DNA of 64,000 nt from a bacterium. Its GTDB lineage: Bacteria > UBA8248 > JACPRG01 > G963555815. The stretch covers positions 544,001-608,000 of the forward strand of contig CAUVWX020000002.1 of the NCBI GenBank assembly GCA_963555815.3, read 5' to 3'. How positions within the stretch are numbered: the stretch's first letter is position 1; the number at the start of each line of letters is the position of its first letter. Both the position numbers and the translations under genes were made by a program. Shown in pieces: positions 21,102 through 32,574 of this stretch. Under the pieces are notes generated by a model, which made no database searches, was not told where the DNA came from, and was given only the letters and a program-made list of their open reading frames with translations.

Positions 21102-23360
21102 ATGTCAAACCCCCTCGTCATTGTCGAGTCTCCTGCCAAAGCCAAGACTCTAAAGAAATTCCTGGGCAAGCGCTTCCACATAAAAGCCTCGGTGGGACAC
21201 GTGAGAGACCTCCCCGTAAAGAAGTTGGGGGTGGATGTAAAAAAAGATTTTGAGCCCCAATACGAGGTCATCTCGGGGAAGCGAAAAGCGTTGGAGGAGC
21301 TCAAAAAAGCGGCGGCGAAGGCCAAAACCATCTACCTCGCCCCGGACCCCGACCGCGAAGGGGAAGCCATCGCCTGGCACATCCAGCAGGAACTCGAGCC
21401 CGTCACTTCCGCCCACATCTACCGCATCAGCTTCAACGAAATCACCCAACAAGCCGTGACCCACGCCGTGGAGAACCCCGGGGAGATCGACCCCAACAAA
21501 GTCAACGCACAGCAGGCCCGCCGGATCCTGGACCGCCTGGTGGGTTACAAGCTCAGCCCCCTCCTGGGCCAGCGACTCAAAAACTGGGGCCTCAGCGCAG
21601 GCCGCGTCCAATCCGTAGCGCTTCGGATAATCTGCGACCGAGAGCGTGAGATCGAGGCTTTTAAGCCCGAGGAGTACTGGTCACTGACGGCAACCCTGCT
21701 GGGCAGGGAGGAGCCCTCCTTCGAGGCAAAGCTCGTCGGACTGGACGGCAAGAAGCCCAAGATCCGGAACCAAGCCGAAAACGACGCCCTGCTGAAAGAG
21801 CTCTCTGGAGCCCAATTCCAGGTGGCGAAGGTGGAGCAAAAGGAACGGAAGCGAAAGCCCCTACCTCCTTTTATCACCTCCACCCTTCAACAAGACGCCT
21901 TCCGAAGGCTTCGCTTCTCCGGGAAGAAGACGATGCGTGTGGCCCAGCAACTCTACGAAGGCCTCGAGCTTGGAGAGCTCGGCGCTCAGGGCCTCATCAC
22001 CTACATGCGGACCGATTCAACGCGAATTACCTCCGAGGCCCTCACCGAGGCCCGGGACTTCATTCAAAACCATTTTGGAAAGGATTACCTCCCGACCAAG
22101 GCCCAGGTCTATCGAGGAAAGAAGGGGACCCAAGATGCCCATGAGGCGGTGCGGCCGACCTCGGTCCGCCGGGAACCCGACCAGGTAAGCCAGTTTCTGA
22201 CAAAAGACCAGCTGGTCCTTTACCAACTCATATGGAACCGTTTCATCGCCTCTCAGATGAACCCCGCCCGTTATGACCAGACCACCATCGACGCCGCCAC
22301 GGGACGTTTTGTCTTCCGAGCCACAGGGTCCATCCTGAAATTCCCCGGCTTCACTCGGCTCTACGAAGAGAGTGAAAATGGAGAGAAAGCCCCGGCCACC
22401 CTGCCCACGGTCCAGAAGGCAGAACCCTTGAGCTGCCAGGGTTTGGAAGGGAAGCAGCATTTCACCCAGCCGCCTGCGCGCTACACCGAGGCGAGCCTGA
22501 TCAAGACCCTGGAGCAGGAAGGGATCGGACGGCCGAGCACCTACGCCGCTATCATCACCACCCTGTTAGGGCGGGATTACGTCCGAACAGAAAAGCGCCA
22601 GCTCACTCCCACCCCCATTGGCCTCATGATCTCAGACCTCCTGACCCAGCACTTCCCCCACCTGATGGACCTTGGGTTCACAGCCGAGATGGAGTCCCGC
22701 CTGGATCGGATCGAGGAGGGCCAGGACAACTGGGTGAAAACCCTCGAGAAATTTTACGCTGACTTTGAGTCAGACCTGGAGCGGGCCAAGGACACCCTGA
22801 CCGCACCCGAGGTGCTGAAGGATCGCAAGTGTCCCGACTGCGGGGCCAACCTAGCCAAGCGACCGGGATCTTACGGGATGTTCATCGGGTGCACCGGATA
22901 TCCGGACTGCCGATACCGGGAGTCCCTGGAGAAACGGGAGGTGGCACCGCCCGTGGAGACGGACATCGAGTGTGAGCGCTGCGGGGCAAAAATGGTGGAG
23001 AAGGAGGGCCGCTTTGGCCGGTTCCTCTCCTGCTCGACCTACCCCAAATGCAAAAATGCAAAACCCCTTCCGACCGGCATCTCCTGTCTCTTACCGGATT
23101 GTAATGGAGAGCTGATTCGACGGCGCTCCAAGCGGGGTCGCTTCTTCTACGGATGCAACCGCTATCCCGAGTGTTCTTTTGTCGCCTGGTCGCGCCCGGT
23201 GCCGCGCCCGTGCCCTCTGTGCGAGTCCCCCTATCTAGTGGAAGGCCGAAAAGGCCTCCGCTGCCCCACAAAGGGTTGTGGCCACCAGGAACCCCTCCCA
23301 GAGGCCGCCGAAGAGAAAGGGGCCGCAGCTGTTGTAGAGGGAGGACAGCCGGCCAAGTGA
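21102..23360 (+). CDS. topA: DNA topoisomerase I
   Basis: [39 protein letters not shown]-terminal Zn ribbons. Confidence 0.97.
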   Translation: MSNPLVIVESPAKAKTLKKFLGKRFHIKASVGHVRDLPVKKLGVDVKKDFEPQYEVISGKRKALEELKKAAAKAKTIYLAPDPDREGEAIAWHIQQELEPVTSAHIYRISFNEITQQAVTHAVENPGEIDPNKVNAQQARRILDRLVGYKLSPLLGQRLKNWGLSAGRVQSVALRIICDREREIEAFKPEEYWSLTATLLGREEPSFEAKLVGLDGKKPKIRNQAENDALLKELSGAQFQVAKVEQKERKRKPLPPFITSTLQQDAFRRLRFSGKKTMRVAQQLYEGLELGELGAQGLITYMRTDSTRITSEALTEARDFIQNHFGKDYLPTKAQVYRGKKGTQDAHEAVRPTSVRREPDQVSQFLTKDQLVLYQLIWNRFIASQMNPARYDQTTIDAATGRFVFRATGSILKFPGFTRLYEESENGEKAPATLPTVQKAEPLSCQGLEGKQHFTQPPARYTEASLIKTLEQEGIGRPSTYAAIITTLLGRDYVRTEKRQLTPTPIGLMISDLLTQHFPHLMDLGFTAEMESRLDRIEEGQDNWVKTLEKFYADFESDLERAKDTLTAPEVLKDRKCPDCGANLAKRPGSYGMFIGCTGYPDCRYRESLEKREVAPPVETDIECERCGAKMVEKEGRFGRFLSCSTYPKCKNAKPLPTGISCLLPDCNGELIRRRSKRGRFFYGCNRYPECSFVAWSRPVPRPCPLCESPYLVEGRKGLRCPTKGCGHQEPLPEAAEEKGAAAVVEGGQPAK

Positions 23361-24670
23361 GCGGCCATGTCACCATCATCGGCGGTGGGCTTGCCGGGGT
23401 AGAGGCCGCCTGGCAGGCTGCCGAACGGGGTGCGCGGGTTTCTCTCTACGAGATGCGCCCCGTCCAGATGACGCCCGCTCACAAGACAGGAGACCTGGCC
23501 GAGCTCGTCTGCAGCAACTCCCTCAAGGCAGATGGTCCCACGACGGCGCCCGGCCTCCTGAAGGCGGAGATGCGGGCCCTCGGCTCTCTGGTGATGGAGG
23601 CCGCCGACCAGCACCGCGTCCCGGCGGGTGTCGCACTCGCCGTTAACCGGACCGCCTTCTCACGGACCCTGACGGACCGCATTGGGTCTCATCCCCGGAT
23701 CGAGATCCACCGAGAAGAAGTGAAGATTATGCCGGCCTGCGACCCCCTCATCCTGGCGACGGGGCCCCTGACCTCCTCGGCCCTTGCCCAAGAGCTGGCG
23801 ACCCTCACCCAGGAGCGCTACCTCTATTTCTACGACGCCATCTCTCCCATTGTGGACGGGCAGACGGTTGACGGCTCCAAAACCTTCTTCGCCTCCCGAT
23901 ACGGCAAGGGAGGGGATGATTATCTGAACTGCGGTCTATCCCGGGAGGAGTACCAGCTCTTCTGGAAGGCCCTCCTTGAGGCCGAGAAGGTCCCCCTTCA
24001 CCCCTTCGAGAAGGCCATGTACTTTGAGGGGTGTCTTCCCATCGAGGAAATGGCGAGCCGGGGGGAAAAGGTCCTCGCCTTTGGTCCCATGAAGCCGGTC
24101 GGCCTCACCCATCCGGGGACGGGAGCGCGCTATCACGCTGTCGCACAACTGCGGCGCGAGAATACGGCGGGCGAGTCATACAACCTCGTCGGCTTTCAGA
24201 CGAAGCTCACCTATCCCGAACAAAAACGTGTCTTTCGGATGATCCCGGGTCTGGAGGGGGCCGCGTTCTTCAGATACGGGAGCCTCCACCGAAACACTTT
24301 TTTGAACGCCCCGCGGCTTCTTCAGCCAAGCCTCCAGCTCAAGGGGCACGCCCACATCTTCATCGCAGGCCAGATCACCGGGGTGGAGGGATATCTCGAG
24401 TCTGCGGCGACGGGCTGGCTGGCTGGTGTGGGGGCGGTCCATCGCCTCTCAGGCCTCCCCTTCCCCCCCCCCCCTCCAACCACCGCCCTGGGTTCCCTGA
24501 TCCACTACATCACGACGGCCGACCCTGCCCACTTCCAACCCGTCAATATCAACTATGGCCTCATTCCCCCTGTAGACTCCCGGGCCCCTAAGAAGGAGCG
24601 TCGCCAACAGATCGCCCAAAGGGCTCTAGAGGATCTCGAACGGTGGAAAAAGGATCCCGAATCCGTCTGA
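23357..24670 (+). CDS. trmFO: Folate-dependent tRNA (m5U54) methyltransferase
   Basis: [44 protein letters not shown] overlap with the topA stop. Confidence 0.96.
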   Translation: MSGHVTIIGGGLAGVEAAWQAAERGARVSLYEMRPVQMTPAHKTGDLAELVCSNSLKADGPTTAPGLLKAEMRALGSLVMEAADQHRVPAGVALAVNRTAFSRTLTDRIGSHPRIEIHREEVKIMPACDPLILATGPLTSSALAQELATLTQERYLYFYDAISPIVDGQTVDGSKTFFASRYGKGGDDYLNCGLSREEYQLFWKALLEAEKVPLHPFEKAMYFEGCLPIEEMASRGEKVLAFGPMKPVGLTHPGTGARYHAVAQLRRENTAGESYNLVGFQTKLTYPEQKRVFRMIPGLEGAAFFRYGSLHRNTFLNAPRLLQPSLQLKGHAHIFIAGQITGVEGYLESAATGWLAGVGAVHRLSGLPFPPPPPTTALGSLIHYITTADPAHFQPVNINYGLIPPVDSRAPKKERRQQIAQRALEDLERWKKDPESV

Positions 24671-25605
24671 AGGAGGCCATCCGTCTATTTGAGCGTCACC
24701 TCTCGCTCGAGCGGGACGCCTCGGTCCACACCCGCAGAAACTATGGGCGGGACCTCGCCGATTTCTCCGACTTTCTGGCCCAGTGGGGGGAAAAAGACCC
24801 TGAGGTCTCAAAGATTGACCGCCTGGCCCTTCGGGCCTACTTGGCGGCCCTCCATCAGAGGGGAAACCGTCCGGCCACTGTCGCCCGAAAGCTGAGCACC
24901 CTGAGGAGTTGCTTTAAATTACTTCAGCGGGAGGGTCTCCTCTCAGGCGATCCAACGACCACCCTCGCCCCTCCCCGTAGGGAGCAACGACTCCCCAGGA
25001 CCCTGACCGTGGACGAGGCCTTCCAGCTTATGAAGGCCCCAAAGGGTGAGGGACCGCTCCAGCGCCGGGACCGGGCCATGTGGGAGGTGTTATACTCGAC
25101 CGGGATCCGGGTGAGCGAGCTGGTTGGCCTGGATCTGGTGCATGTGGACTTAGAGGGAGGGTCCCTTCGGGTGATGGGGAAGGGGAAAAAGGAGCGCTAC
25201 GTCCCTCTCGGGAGCCATGCTAGAGAGGCCCTCTCGCAATATCTCACAGTTCGCCAAAAGATCTCCCCATCGGAGGAGGGAGAGCCCGTCTTCCTCAACG
25301 CTCGCGGGTCACGCCTGACTTCGCGGGGCGTGCGGGGTCTCCTCCACCGACACCTCACGGAGATAGGGCTATCGGGGCGCGCCTCCCCCCACTCCCTTCG
25401 GCACTCCACGGCGACCCACCTCCTGGAGGCGGGGGCCAACCTGCGGGACATCCAGGAGCTCCTCGGCCACAGTTCCCTCTCGACGACACAAAAATACACC
25501 CACCTCGCCCTGGACCATCTCTATGCCGTCTACGACCGGGCCCATCCCCGCGCCCGGCCGAAGAGACCGTCCTCACAGGCACGGGATTTGAAGGGTAAAT
25601 CATGA
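24643..25605 (+). CDS. xerC: Tyrosine recombinase XerC
   Basis: [28 protein letters not shown]...TTQKY; lies between trmFO and hslV. Confidence 0.9.
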   Translation: MEKGSRIRLKEAIRLFERHLSLERDASVHTRRNYGRDLADFSDFLAQWGEKDPEVSKIDRLALRAYLAALHQRGNRPATVARKLSTLRSCFKLLQREGLLSGDPTTTLAPPRREQRLPRTLTVDEAFQLMKAPKGEGPLQRRDRAMWEVLYSTGIRVSELVGLDLVHVDLEGGSLRVMGKGKKERYVPLGSHAREALSQYLTVRQKISPSEEGEPVFLNARGSRLTSRGVRGLLHRHLTEIGLSGRASPHSLRHSTATHLLEAGANLRDIQELLGHSSLSTTQKYTHLALDHLYAVYDRAHPRARPKRPSSQARDLKGKS

Positions 25606-26129
25606 TCCGATCGACGACCATCCTGGCCGTGCGGCGCAATGGGCAAGTGGCCATGGGGGGAGACGGCCAGGTGACCATCGGCAATACGGTCATGAAGCAA
25701 CATGCCGACAAGATCCGCCGTATGTATAAAGACCAAGTGTTGACGGGCTTTGCGGGAAGTGCCGCTGACGCCCTCGCCCTCTTTAGCAAGTTCGAGGGCA
25801 AACTCGAGGAGTATCACGGCAACCTCTCCAGGGCCTCCGTGGAGCTGGCCAAGGAATGGAGGACGGACCGGATCCTTCGCCGCCTGGAGGCGCTCCTTGC
25901 CGTCGCGGACCGGGACCACGCTTTCATCCTGTCCGGTTCCGGCGACCTCATCGAGCCTGACGACGGCATCGTCGGGATCGGGTCCGGGGGGCCTTACGCC
26001 GTGGCGGCCGCCCGCGCCCTGATCACCCGAACCGAGATGGGCGCCGAGGAGATCGTCCGAGAGGCCATGGTCATCGCCGCATCTCTTTGCGTCTACACCA
26101 ACGAAGTCCTCCACATCGAAGTCCTCTGA
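25602..26129 (+). CDS. hslV: ATP-dependent protease subunit HslV
   Basis: N-terminal TTILAVR, GDGQVT, GSGG. Confidence 0.97.
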   Translation: MIRSTTILAVRRNGQVAMGGDGQVTIGNTVMKQHADKIRRMYKDQVLTGFAGSAADALALFSKFEGKLEEYHGNLSRASVELAKEWRTDRILRRLEALLAVADRDHAFILSGSGDLIEPDDGIVGIGSGGPYAVAAARALITRTEMGAEEIVREAMVIAASLCVYTNEVLHIEVL

Positions 26130-26130
26130 G

Positions 26131-27531
26131 ATGGAAGACCTCACCCCGCGCCAGATCGTAGAGGCCCTAGACCGATATATCATCGGCCAATCGGCGGCCA
26201 AGCGGGCGGTCGCCATCGCCCTTCGAAACCGCTGGCGGCACCGTCAGCTCTCTCCTGAACTCCAGGAGGAGGTGGCCCCCAAAAACATCATCATGATCGG
26301 GCCCACCGGCGTGGGCAAAACGGAGATCGCCCGCCGGCTTGCCCGCCTGGCCAAGAGCCCCTTCCTCAAGGTAGAGGCCTCGAAGTTCACCGAGGTCGGC
26401 TACATGGGCCGCGACGTGGAGTCTATGATCCGAGACCTGACGGAACTCGCAAAAAATATGGTGGAGTCCGAACACAAACAGAAGGTGCAGGAAAGGGCCG
26501 AGGCGCTGGCCGAGGAGAGGGTCCTGGACGCCCTCCTTCCACCGGGGTCCGCTGAGGCCGTGCCTGAGGTGGAGCCGGAGGCCGAACCTGCGGCCGCTGG
26601 CCCGCGGCGCTTTGACTATATCGGTCCGGAGACCCCTTCGGCCCCACGGGGCCACCACAGCCGTGAAAAGATCCGCGAACTCCTGCGGGCAGGAAAATTG
26701 GATGACCGTGAAGTTGAGATCGAGGTCGCCTTCAAAGTCACGCCCATGATCGGTGTCGTCCCCGGCACCGGCCTTGAGGACCTCGACATCAACCTGAAGG
26801 AGATGCTGGGCGGGATTCTTCCCGAGCGAAGGAAGCGCCGCAAGGTCAACCTTTCCGAGGCCCACCGCATCTTCAAGGAGGATGAGGCCGCAAAGCTCAT
26901 CGACATGGACAAGGTGCTCCATGAGGCCATCCAGCGGGTCGAGGAGTCCGGGATCGTCTTCATCGACGAGATCGACAAGGTCGCAAGCCGGGATCGGACG
27001 GTGGGCCCCGACGTCTCCCGCGAGGGGGTCCAGCGGGACATTCTTCCCATCATTGAGGGAACCTCAGTCGCCACCCGCTATGGGACGGTCCACACGGACC
27101 ACATCCTCTTCATCGCAGCGGGGGCCTTCCACATGACGAAACCCTCAGACCTCATCCCCGAACTCCAGGGGCGCTTCCCCATCCGGGTGGAGCTCGACGC
27201 CCTCGGGGAGGAGGAATTAGTCCGGATCCTCACCGAGCCTCAAAACGCCCTCACCCGCCAGTACACGGAGCTCCTGGCCACAGATGGGGTGCAGATTGTC
27301 TTCACCCCGGAGGGCATCCGCGAGATTGCCCGCCTCGCCGCCCTCGTCAACACCCGGGCGGAGAACATCGGGGCCCGTCGCCTCCACACGGTCCTGGAGA
27401 AGCTTCTGGACGAGATCTCCTTCGAGGCTCCAAACTCGAAGGAGAAAATGCTCACCATCGACCGGGACTATGTCCAAACCTGCCTCCAGAGCATCATCCA
27501 GGACGAAGACTTGAGTCGATACATCCTCTGA
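26131..27531 (+). CDS. hslU: ATP-dependent protease ATPase HslU
   Basis: [29 protein letters not shown]-terminal DLSRYIL. Confidence 0.97.
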   Translation: MEDLTPRQIVEALDRYIIGQSAAKRAVAIALRNRWRHRQLSPELQEEVAPKNIIMIGPTGVGKTEIARRLARLAKSPFLKVEASKFTEVGYMGRDVESMIRDLTELAKNMVESEHKQKVQERAEALAEERVLDALLPPGSAEAVPEVEPEAEPAAAGPRRFDYIGPETPSAPRGHHSREKIRELLRAGKLDDREVEIEVAFKVTPMIGVVPGTGLEDLDINLKEMLGGILPERRKRRKVNLSEAHRIFKEDEAAKLIDMDKVLHEAIQRVEESGIVFIDEIDKVASRDRTVGPDVSREGVQRDILPIIEGTSVATRYGTVHTDHILFIAAGAFHMTKPSDLIPELQGRFPIRVELDALGEEELVRILTEPQNALTRQYTELLATDGVQIVFTPEGIREIARLAALVNTRAENIGARRLHTVLEKLLDEISFEAPNSKEKMLTIDRDYVQTCLQSIIQDEDLSRYIL

Positions 27532-27618
27532 TTCGTCTGGACAATTTGTGTTGAAAGGAATTCGCAGGGGACTAGTATGTAAGAGTTCTTGAACGGCTGG
27601 TCCCGCAGGGAGCACACG

Positions 27619-28497
27619 ATGACGCTCACACCTCAGGAAAAAACGCGAATTCTCGTCCAGGCCCTTCCCTATATCCGCCAATTTCGCGGAAAGACGTTCG
27701 TCATCAAGTACGGGGGAAGTGCCATGGAGGAGGAGTCCCTTCGTGAGGCCTTCGCTGAGGATGTGACCTTCCTGAACTTCATCGGCATCCGAACCATCGT
27801 CGTTCACGGAGGGGGTCCTCAGATCGGAGAGGCGCTGGAGCTCCGGGGAAAGAAAAGCGAGTTCGTGATGGGGCTCCGGGTGACGGACGCCGAGACCATG
27901 GACGTCGTCTCTGTGGTCCTGGGGGAGAAGATCAACAAGGACATCGTGAACCTGATTAACACACACGGGGGGCAAGCGGTGGGCCTCTCGGGGGCGGACG
28001 GCGGGGCCCTGCGGGCCCAGAAGCTCAGCCTCACCCCCCCCGCGGGTTGGAAGGGCAAGCCCCCTGAGCTGGGGATGGTGGGAGAGGTGGTTGGCGTGGA
28101 CACCGCTTTGCTGGGCCGGCTGGGGGATGGGGGCTTTATCCCGGTGGTGGCGCCCCTCGGGGCGGGGGAAGACGGCCTCCTCTATAACATTAACGCCGAC
28201 AACGCCGCGGGAAGCCTGGCGGCGGCCCTAGGGGCGGAGAAGCTTGTCTACCTCACGGATGTCGTCGGGGTCCAGGACAACGGCCAAAAGCTCATCTCCT
28301 CTCTTGCCAGAGCACAGGTCGAAGATCTCAAGAGCAGAGGGGTTATCTCGGGCGGGATGATCCCCAAGGTGGACAACAGCCTTCGGGCCATCGAGGCGGG
28401 AGTCAAGAAGACCCACGTCATCGATGGCCGGATCCCCCACGCCCTCCTCCTAGAGATCTTCACGGACGAAGGGATCGGGACAGAGATTATCTTGTGA
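27619..28497 (+). CDS. argB: Acetylglutamate kinase
   Basis: VIKYGGSAM, VHGGGPQI, NINAD, GGMIPK. Confidence 0.96.
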   Translation: MTLTPQEKTRILVQALPYIRQFRGKTFVIKYGGSAMEEESLREAFAEDVTFLNFIGIRTIVVHGGGPQIGEALELRGKKSEFVMGLRVTDAETMDVVSVVLGEKINKDIVNLINTHGGQAVGLSGADGGALRAQKLSLTPPAGWKGKPPELGMVGEVVGVDTALLGRLGDGGFIPVVAPLGAGEDGLLYNINADNAAGSLAAALGAEKLVYLTDVVGVQDNGQKLISSLARAQVEDLKSRGVISGGMIPKVDNSLRAIEAGVKKTHVIDGRIPHALLLEIFTDEGIGTEIIL

Positions 28498-28605
28498 GCA
28501 TAAAATTAGGGGGTGCAGCCGGCTGTAAAGCTCACAGGCCGACCCCCCCTTGTTTGCTTTCCAGAAGCGTCTCTTAGTCTTCTGTTACCCCAGGGGCGTA
28601 TCCCT

Positions 28606-28944
28606 TTATTTTGCACCCGCCTTGAGATGCTTAATCATCTCCTGAACTCCCTCGATCCGATGCTCAAAGCTTTCCAGCGGGGTCACCTGCCATTTGATGA
28701 TCCCCCAGAAGGGCAGGTTCTCCAATAGCCGGCTCAGCTCCTCGTTGGACGGCGCATCCACGATAAACACACCGGACCTGGCTCCCACCTCAAGCCCCCC
28801 AGCCAGGATTTTTCTGTCCTTCTCCAGCTTGACCAAAGTCTGAAAACTGGGAACAACGAGGTTTTCTAAAATCCCGGCAACCTGCTGTGGGGAGAGCAGC
28901 GGACCCGGGTCAATTAAATCCATCCTGACAAGATATTTCATCAC
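28606..28944 (-). CDS. Muconolactone delta-isomerase-like protein (cytoplasmic)
   Basis: C-terminal FIVDAPSNEELSRLLENLPFWGIIKWQVTPL resembles the MIase/CatC fold. Confidence 0.65.
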   Translation of the reverse strand: MMKYLVRMDLIDPGPLLSPQQVAGILENLVVPSFQTLVKLEKDRKILAGGLEVGARSGVFIVDAPSNEELSRLLENLPFWGIIKWQVTPLESFEHRIEGVQEMIKHLKAGAK

Positions 28945-28976
28945 TCGCCCTTAAGCCGGTACTGTCCCTACGACAG

Positions 28977-29381
28977 TTACTCTCCGCCACTAAGGTGCTC
29001 AACGTGACGGCGGGCGATCCCAATCCTCTCCTCAAAACTCTCCAGCGGGGTCGTGTGCCATCTGACAATTCCCCAGAAGGGCAGGTTTGCCAACATATTG
29101 CTCAACGCATGGTTAGACTCCGCTTCCACGATAAAAAAACCATTCCTGCCTCCGGCCTCGAGTCCTCCCACCAGGACTCCTTGCTTGTCCATCTCCGCCA
29201 AGCTCGTCAGGCTCGGGATGACCAGGCCTTCCAAAAGCCCGACCACGTCTTGAGGGGAGAGGAGCGGACCAGGGTCAATCAAATCCATTCTGACGAGAAA
29301 CCGCTGTTGCGCCGATGCTGTCCCCCCGATGAGAAGCGCGAGGACGAAGAAAGCGCTAAGGAACGTTAAACGTCGCCTCAT
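28977..29381 (-). CDS. Muconolactone delta-isomerase-like protein with signal peptide
   Basis: Paralog of the downstream gene (identical LVRMDLIDPGPLLSPQ), preceded by MRRRLTFLSAFFVLALLIGGTASA. Confidence 0.65.
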   Translation of the reverse strand: MRRRLTFLSAFFVLALLIGGTASAQQRFLVRMDLIDPGPLLSPQDVVGLLEGLVIPSLTSLAEMDKQGVLVGGLEAGGRNGFFIVEAESNHALSNMLANLPFWGIVRWHTTPLESFEERIGIARRHVEHLSGGE

Positions 29382-29435
29382 GGTTTTCTCCTATTGAGAT
29401 AATGAGATGAAACATATGGAACGGTGTAATTAATC

Positions 29436-30434
29436 CTATTTAGCGACCCCCCTTGTGTCAAGGAAAAACCCCTGCAGAGCCCGGACGAGGGAGGCGATCG
29501 CCGCATTGTGGGGGGCTTCCCCCCGTTTCGCGACATAACCATTCAGATAGTCCACCTCGGTCCGCCTTCCAAGACGCAGGTCCTGGAGCATCGAGTTCTC
29601 ATTCTCCGCCGTCTTCTCCGCCGTCTCTTCCACCTGGCGGACAACCTCCTCCAAAGGGATGGCAAAACCCTCTGAGGAGGCGAGGCGGCAACCCTCCCGA
29701 AGGAGAGACACCCATAGGTCTCGCAGCGCCTTATGGGTGCCGACGACCCCGTTTCGGACTCGGGCCAGGGCCCCGACGGGATTGATGGCGAGATTGACCA
29801 GGGCCTTCTGCCACACGGCACGTCCCATGTCGGGAACCTCCTCGACTGGGAAACCAGCCGAGCGGAATAGAGAGGCCGAAAGGCGAACGCCCTTTCTCTT
29901 CTCCTCCGTGTCGTCTTGAGGAGGCCACGCCCCCACCTGAATCGGCCCCTCCCCGGTCCAACGGACACATCCCGGACCTTCCGAAAGAGCCCCTGAATAG
30001 ACGACCCCCCTCAGCGCCTGTTCCGAAGGGAGCTGACCCCACACCTCGGCCTCAAGGCCGAGGCCGTTGGAAAGGAGCAACACCCAAGTCTTGGCCCCGA
30101 CGAGGCCCGCCTTGAGGGCTGACCGCAGGGCGGCGGAAGCGTCATAGGCCTTGGTCGCAACGAGGAGGAGATCAGGGGGGGAGAGGTGAGCGCCGGGCCG
30201 GGCGAGATTCACAGAAATCTGAAACTCCTGGACCCCTGTGACGCGGAGGATCGGAGTCCCCTTCACATTTGGCCAGCCCTCGGACGGGCGACGCAGGCAG
30301 AGGGTCACCCTGGCCCCGCCCCTGGCCAGACAGGCCCCCAGGAGGCCTCCCAGGGCACCGGCTCCGAGGATCACAATGTCTTTCAAGGGTGGCGCCCCCA
30401 GGAAGGGGACCACCCCAGGGGAGAGACAAAACAC
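29436..30434 (-). CDS. panE: 2-dehydropantoate 2-reductase (true start possibly TTG at 30386)
   Basis: ILGAGALG, ATKAYD, WQKALVNLAINP, SMLQD...RRTEVDYLNG. Confidence 0.9.
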   Translation of the reverse strand: MFCLSPGVVPFLGAPPLKDIVILGAGALGGLLGACLARGGARVTLCLRRPSEGWPNVKGTPILRVTGVQEFQISVNLARPGAHLSPPDLLLVATKAYDASAALRSALKAGLVGAKTWVLLLSNGLGLEAEVWGQLPSEQALRGVVYSGALSEGPGCVRWTGEGPIQVGAWPPQDDTEEKRKGVRLSASLFRSAGFPVEEVPDMGRAVWQKALVNLAINPVGALARVRNGVVGTHKALRDLWVSLLREGCRLASSEGFAIPLEEVVRQVEETAEKTAENENSMLQDLRLGRRTEVDYLNGYVAKRGEAPHNAAIASLVRALQGFFLDTRGVAK

Positions 30435-30458
30435 CTTGCGGAGGCGAAATCCGCCCTG

Positions 30459-31301
30459 CTATCGCCCCTGGCCATTTCCTTGGGCCACGGCCTCCGAGAT
30501 TTCAGCCCCGTCGGTCCCTTCGGCCGAAACACGGGAGAACTCGGTGAAGGCGTAAGCGCTGTGATTATGGAGGCTCTCAAAATTCTCGCAGCCCACCGTG
30601 AACCAGGTGAAGTTTTCGTCCTCTTCGAGGGCCCCGTAGACCTCCCTCACCACGTCCTCGACGAACATGGGGTGGTCGTAAGCGAGCTCCGTCACGTATT
30701 TCTCATCGGAGCGCTTGAGGAGGGCGTAGACCTGATTGATGGCCCGCTCCTCCACCTTAGCGATGAGGTCCTCCATCCAGAAGAAGTGGCGGAAGCGAAC
30801 CTGGACGCTGACCTCTCCCCGCTGGTTGTGGGCCCCGTAGTCGCTGATGGCCTTGGAGCAGGGGCAAAGCGTGCTGATAGGCACCGCGATGCCGACGACA
30901 AAATCCTCCTCATCCCCGGGCCCCAAGCTCCCCGAGAAGGTGCACCGATATTCCATGAGGCTCTGGATTTGGGAAACGGGCGCCCGCTTCTCGACGAAAT
31001 AGGGGAAGGCCATTTCCAGATGCGCCGACTGAGCGTCGAGGCGATGGCGCATGGTGGCCAAGATCTCTTGGTAGTTTCGGATGCTGACACCACCCCGATA
31101 GTGGTTCAGGATCTCCACGAAGCGGCTCATGTGGGTCCCCTTGAACTGGTGGGGGAGATCCACATACATGTTCACCGTGGCCGTCGTGTGCTGGTATTCC
31201 TTCACCTTGTCAAGGACGGTGATGGGATAGCGGACGTCCTTGACCCCCACCTTGTCCAGGACGACCTTTCGGTGGTCACGCTGGCTCTGCACATCGATCA
31301 T
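30459..31301 (-). CDS. folE2: GTP cyclohydrolase IB
   Basis: KGTHMSRF, TLCPCSK, GAHNQR, FVEDVVR, ESLHNH. Confidence 0.95.
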   Translation of the reverse strand: MIDVQSQRDHRKVVLDKVGVKDVRYPITVLDKVKEYQHTTATVNMYVDLPHQFKGTHMSRFVEILNHYRGGVSIRNYQEILATMRHRLDAQSAHLEMAFPYFVEKRAPVSQIQSLMEYRCTFSGSLGPGDEEDFVVGIAVPISTLCPCSKAISDYGAHNQRGEVSVQVRFRHFFWMEDLIAKVEERAINQVYALLKRSDEKYVTELAYDHPMFVEDVVREVYGALEEDENFTWFTVGCENFESLHNHSAYAFTEFSRVSAEGTDGAEISEAVAQGNGQGR

Positions 31302-31675
31302 CTACTCTCTCCATGATAGGTGGCACTGCAGCGATCTGTCTCAAAGACGGTGACCCTGTGGAGCCGGACGGCTGGAATTTTCAGGCGTCTCGAAAGGGCC
31401 TCGAAGAGGTGCCTGGCGATGTTCTCTACCGAGGGACTCACCTGCCGGAAGGCAGAGACCTCATTCAAGTTTCGATGGTCCAGATCTCCGAGAACCTCCC
31501 GCATCTCCTGTTCCAGACGCTTGAAATCCACCGCCATCCCCGCCCCGTCCAACCCCTGAGCCGTCACACTCACTTGGACCCGGAAGTTGTGCCCGTGAAG
31601 GGGTTCTTTTTCCCCATGATCGTTCTGAAGCTGATGCGCTGCCGCGAAATCTGCCTCGACAGTCACTTCGTACAC
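31298..31675 (-). CDS. 6-pyruvoyltetrahydropterin synthase/QueD family protein, PTPS-III signature
   Basis: FAAAH..., KEPLHGHN (Glu, no Cys), DFK, LDHRNLN, SVENIA, VFET. Confidence 0.85.
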   Translation of the reverse strand: MYEVTVEADFAAAHQLQNDHGEKEPLHGHNFRVQVSVTAQGLDGAGMAVDFKRLEQEMREVLGDLDHRNLNEVSAFRQVSPSVENIARHLFEALSRRLKIPAVRLHRVTVFETDRCSATYHGESR

Positions 31676-31727
31676 GGGTTGAACCCCAAAAAGGCAAGAA
31701 GGCATCCAGAGTTAGTTATAGATTATA

Positions 31728-32570
31728 TCATTTGGGGCCCTCGCGCCAAGAACCCCGGATGGCCTCGACCATCTGTACCGTCCGAACAGCGGCCCGAACT
31801 TCGTGGACCCGCAGGAGGTCAGCCCCCTGCCAGAGACCCAGGGCGTTGCTCACGATGGTCCCTTCCAGGCGGTCGAGGGGGCTTTCAATTCCGGTGATCT
31901 TTCCGATGAAGGACTTTCGGGAGACCCCCAGGCATAGGGGATAGCCCAGGGTGCGAAGAGAGGAGAGGTGGCGCAGAAGAGAGAGGTTGTGCTCGACGGT
32001 CTTCCCAAATCCGATGCCAGGGTCCAGGATGAGATTTCGGATCCCCGCCTTGTCGGCAAGCCTCGCTTGGCCGTCGAGATACGCCTTCACCTCCTCCACG
32101 ACGTCGTCATAGCGGGGAGAGCGCTGCATGGTCTGAGGCTCTCCCTGCATGTGCATAATAACGGCGCTGGCCCCAAAACCCCCGATGACCTCCCGAAGGG
32201 CAGGATCTCTTAAGCCTCGGACATCATTGATGAGCGGGACCCCTCGGGCCAGGACCTCCTCCGCAACCTTGGGCTTAGAGGTGTCCACGGAGATGAGAAG
32301 AGAGGGGTCCTTCAGGAGGGGTTCGAGAACCGGAAGGAGACGGTCGAGCTCCTCCTCGGCCTCAATGAGGTGGGCCCCCGGCCGGGTCGACTCCGCCCCC
32401 AGGTCCAGGATGGCCGCCCCTTCTTCGGACATCTCTCTCGCTCGCCTGAGGGCATCTTCGGGGCGCACATAGAGACCCCCGTCGGAGAAAGAGTCGGGCG
32501 TGAGATTGAGGGCGCCCATCACCTTCGGAGGCTTGAGGGAGAGCGAGCGACCCCACAGATGAAACTTCAT
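31728..32570 (-). CDS. folP: Dihydropteroate synthase
   Basis: MGALNLTPDSFSDGG, AESTRPG, DPGIGFGK, GVSRKSF, LRVH. Confidence 0.96.
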   Translation of the reverse strand: MKFHLWGRSLSLKPPKVMGALNLTPDSFSDGGLYVRPEDALRRAREMSEEGAAILDLGAESTRPGAHLIEAEEELDRLLPVLEPLLKDPSLLISVDTSKPKVAEEVLARGVPLINDVRGLRDPALREVIGGFGASAVIMHMQGEPQTMQRSPRYDDVVEEVKAYLDGQARLADKAGIRNLILDPGIGFGKTVEHNLSLLRHLSSLRTLGYPLCLGVSRKSFIGKITGIESPLDRLEGTIVSNALGLWQGADLLRVHEVRAAVRTVQMVEAIRGSWREGPK

Positions 32571-32574
32571 CTCT

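Noticed and set aside
24643..25605. Tyrosine recombinase as a sign of a prophage or island
   Set aside because: It sits in the conserved topA-trmFO-xerC-hslVU block, with no att site or cargo.
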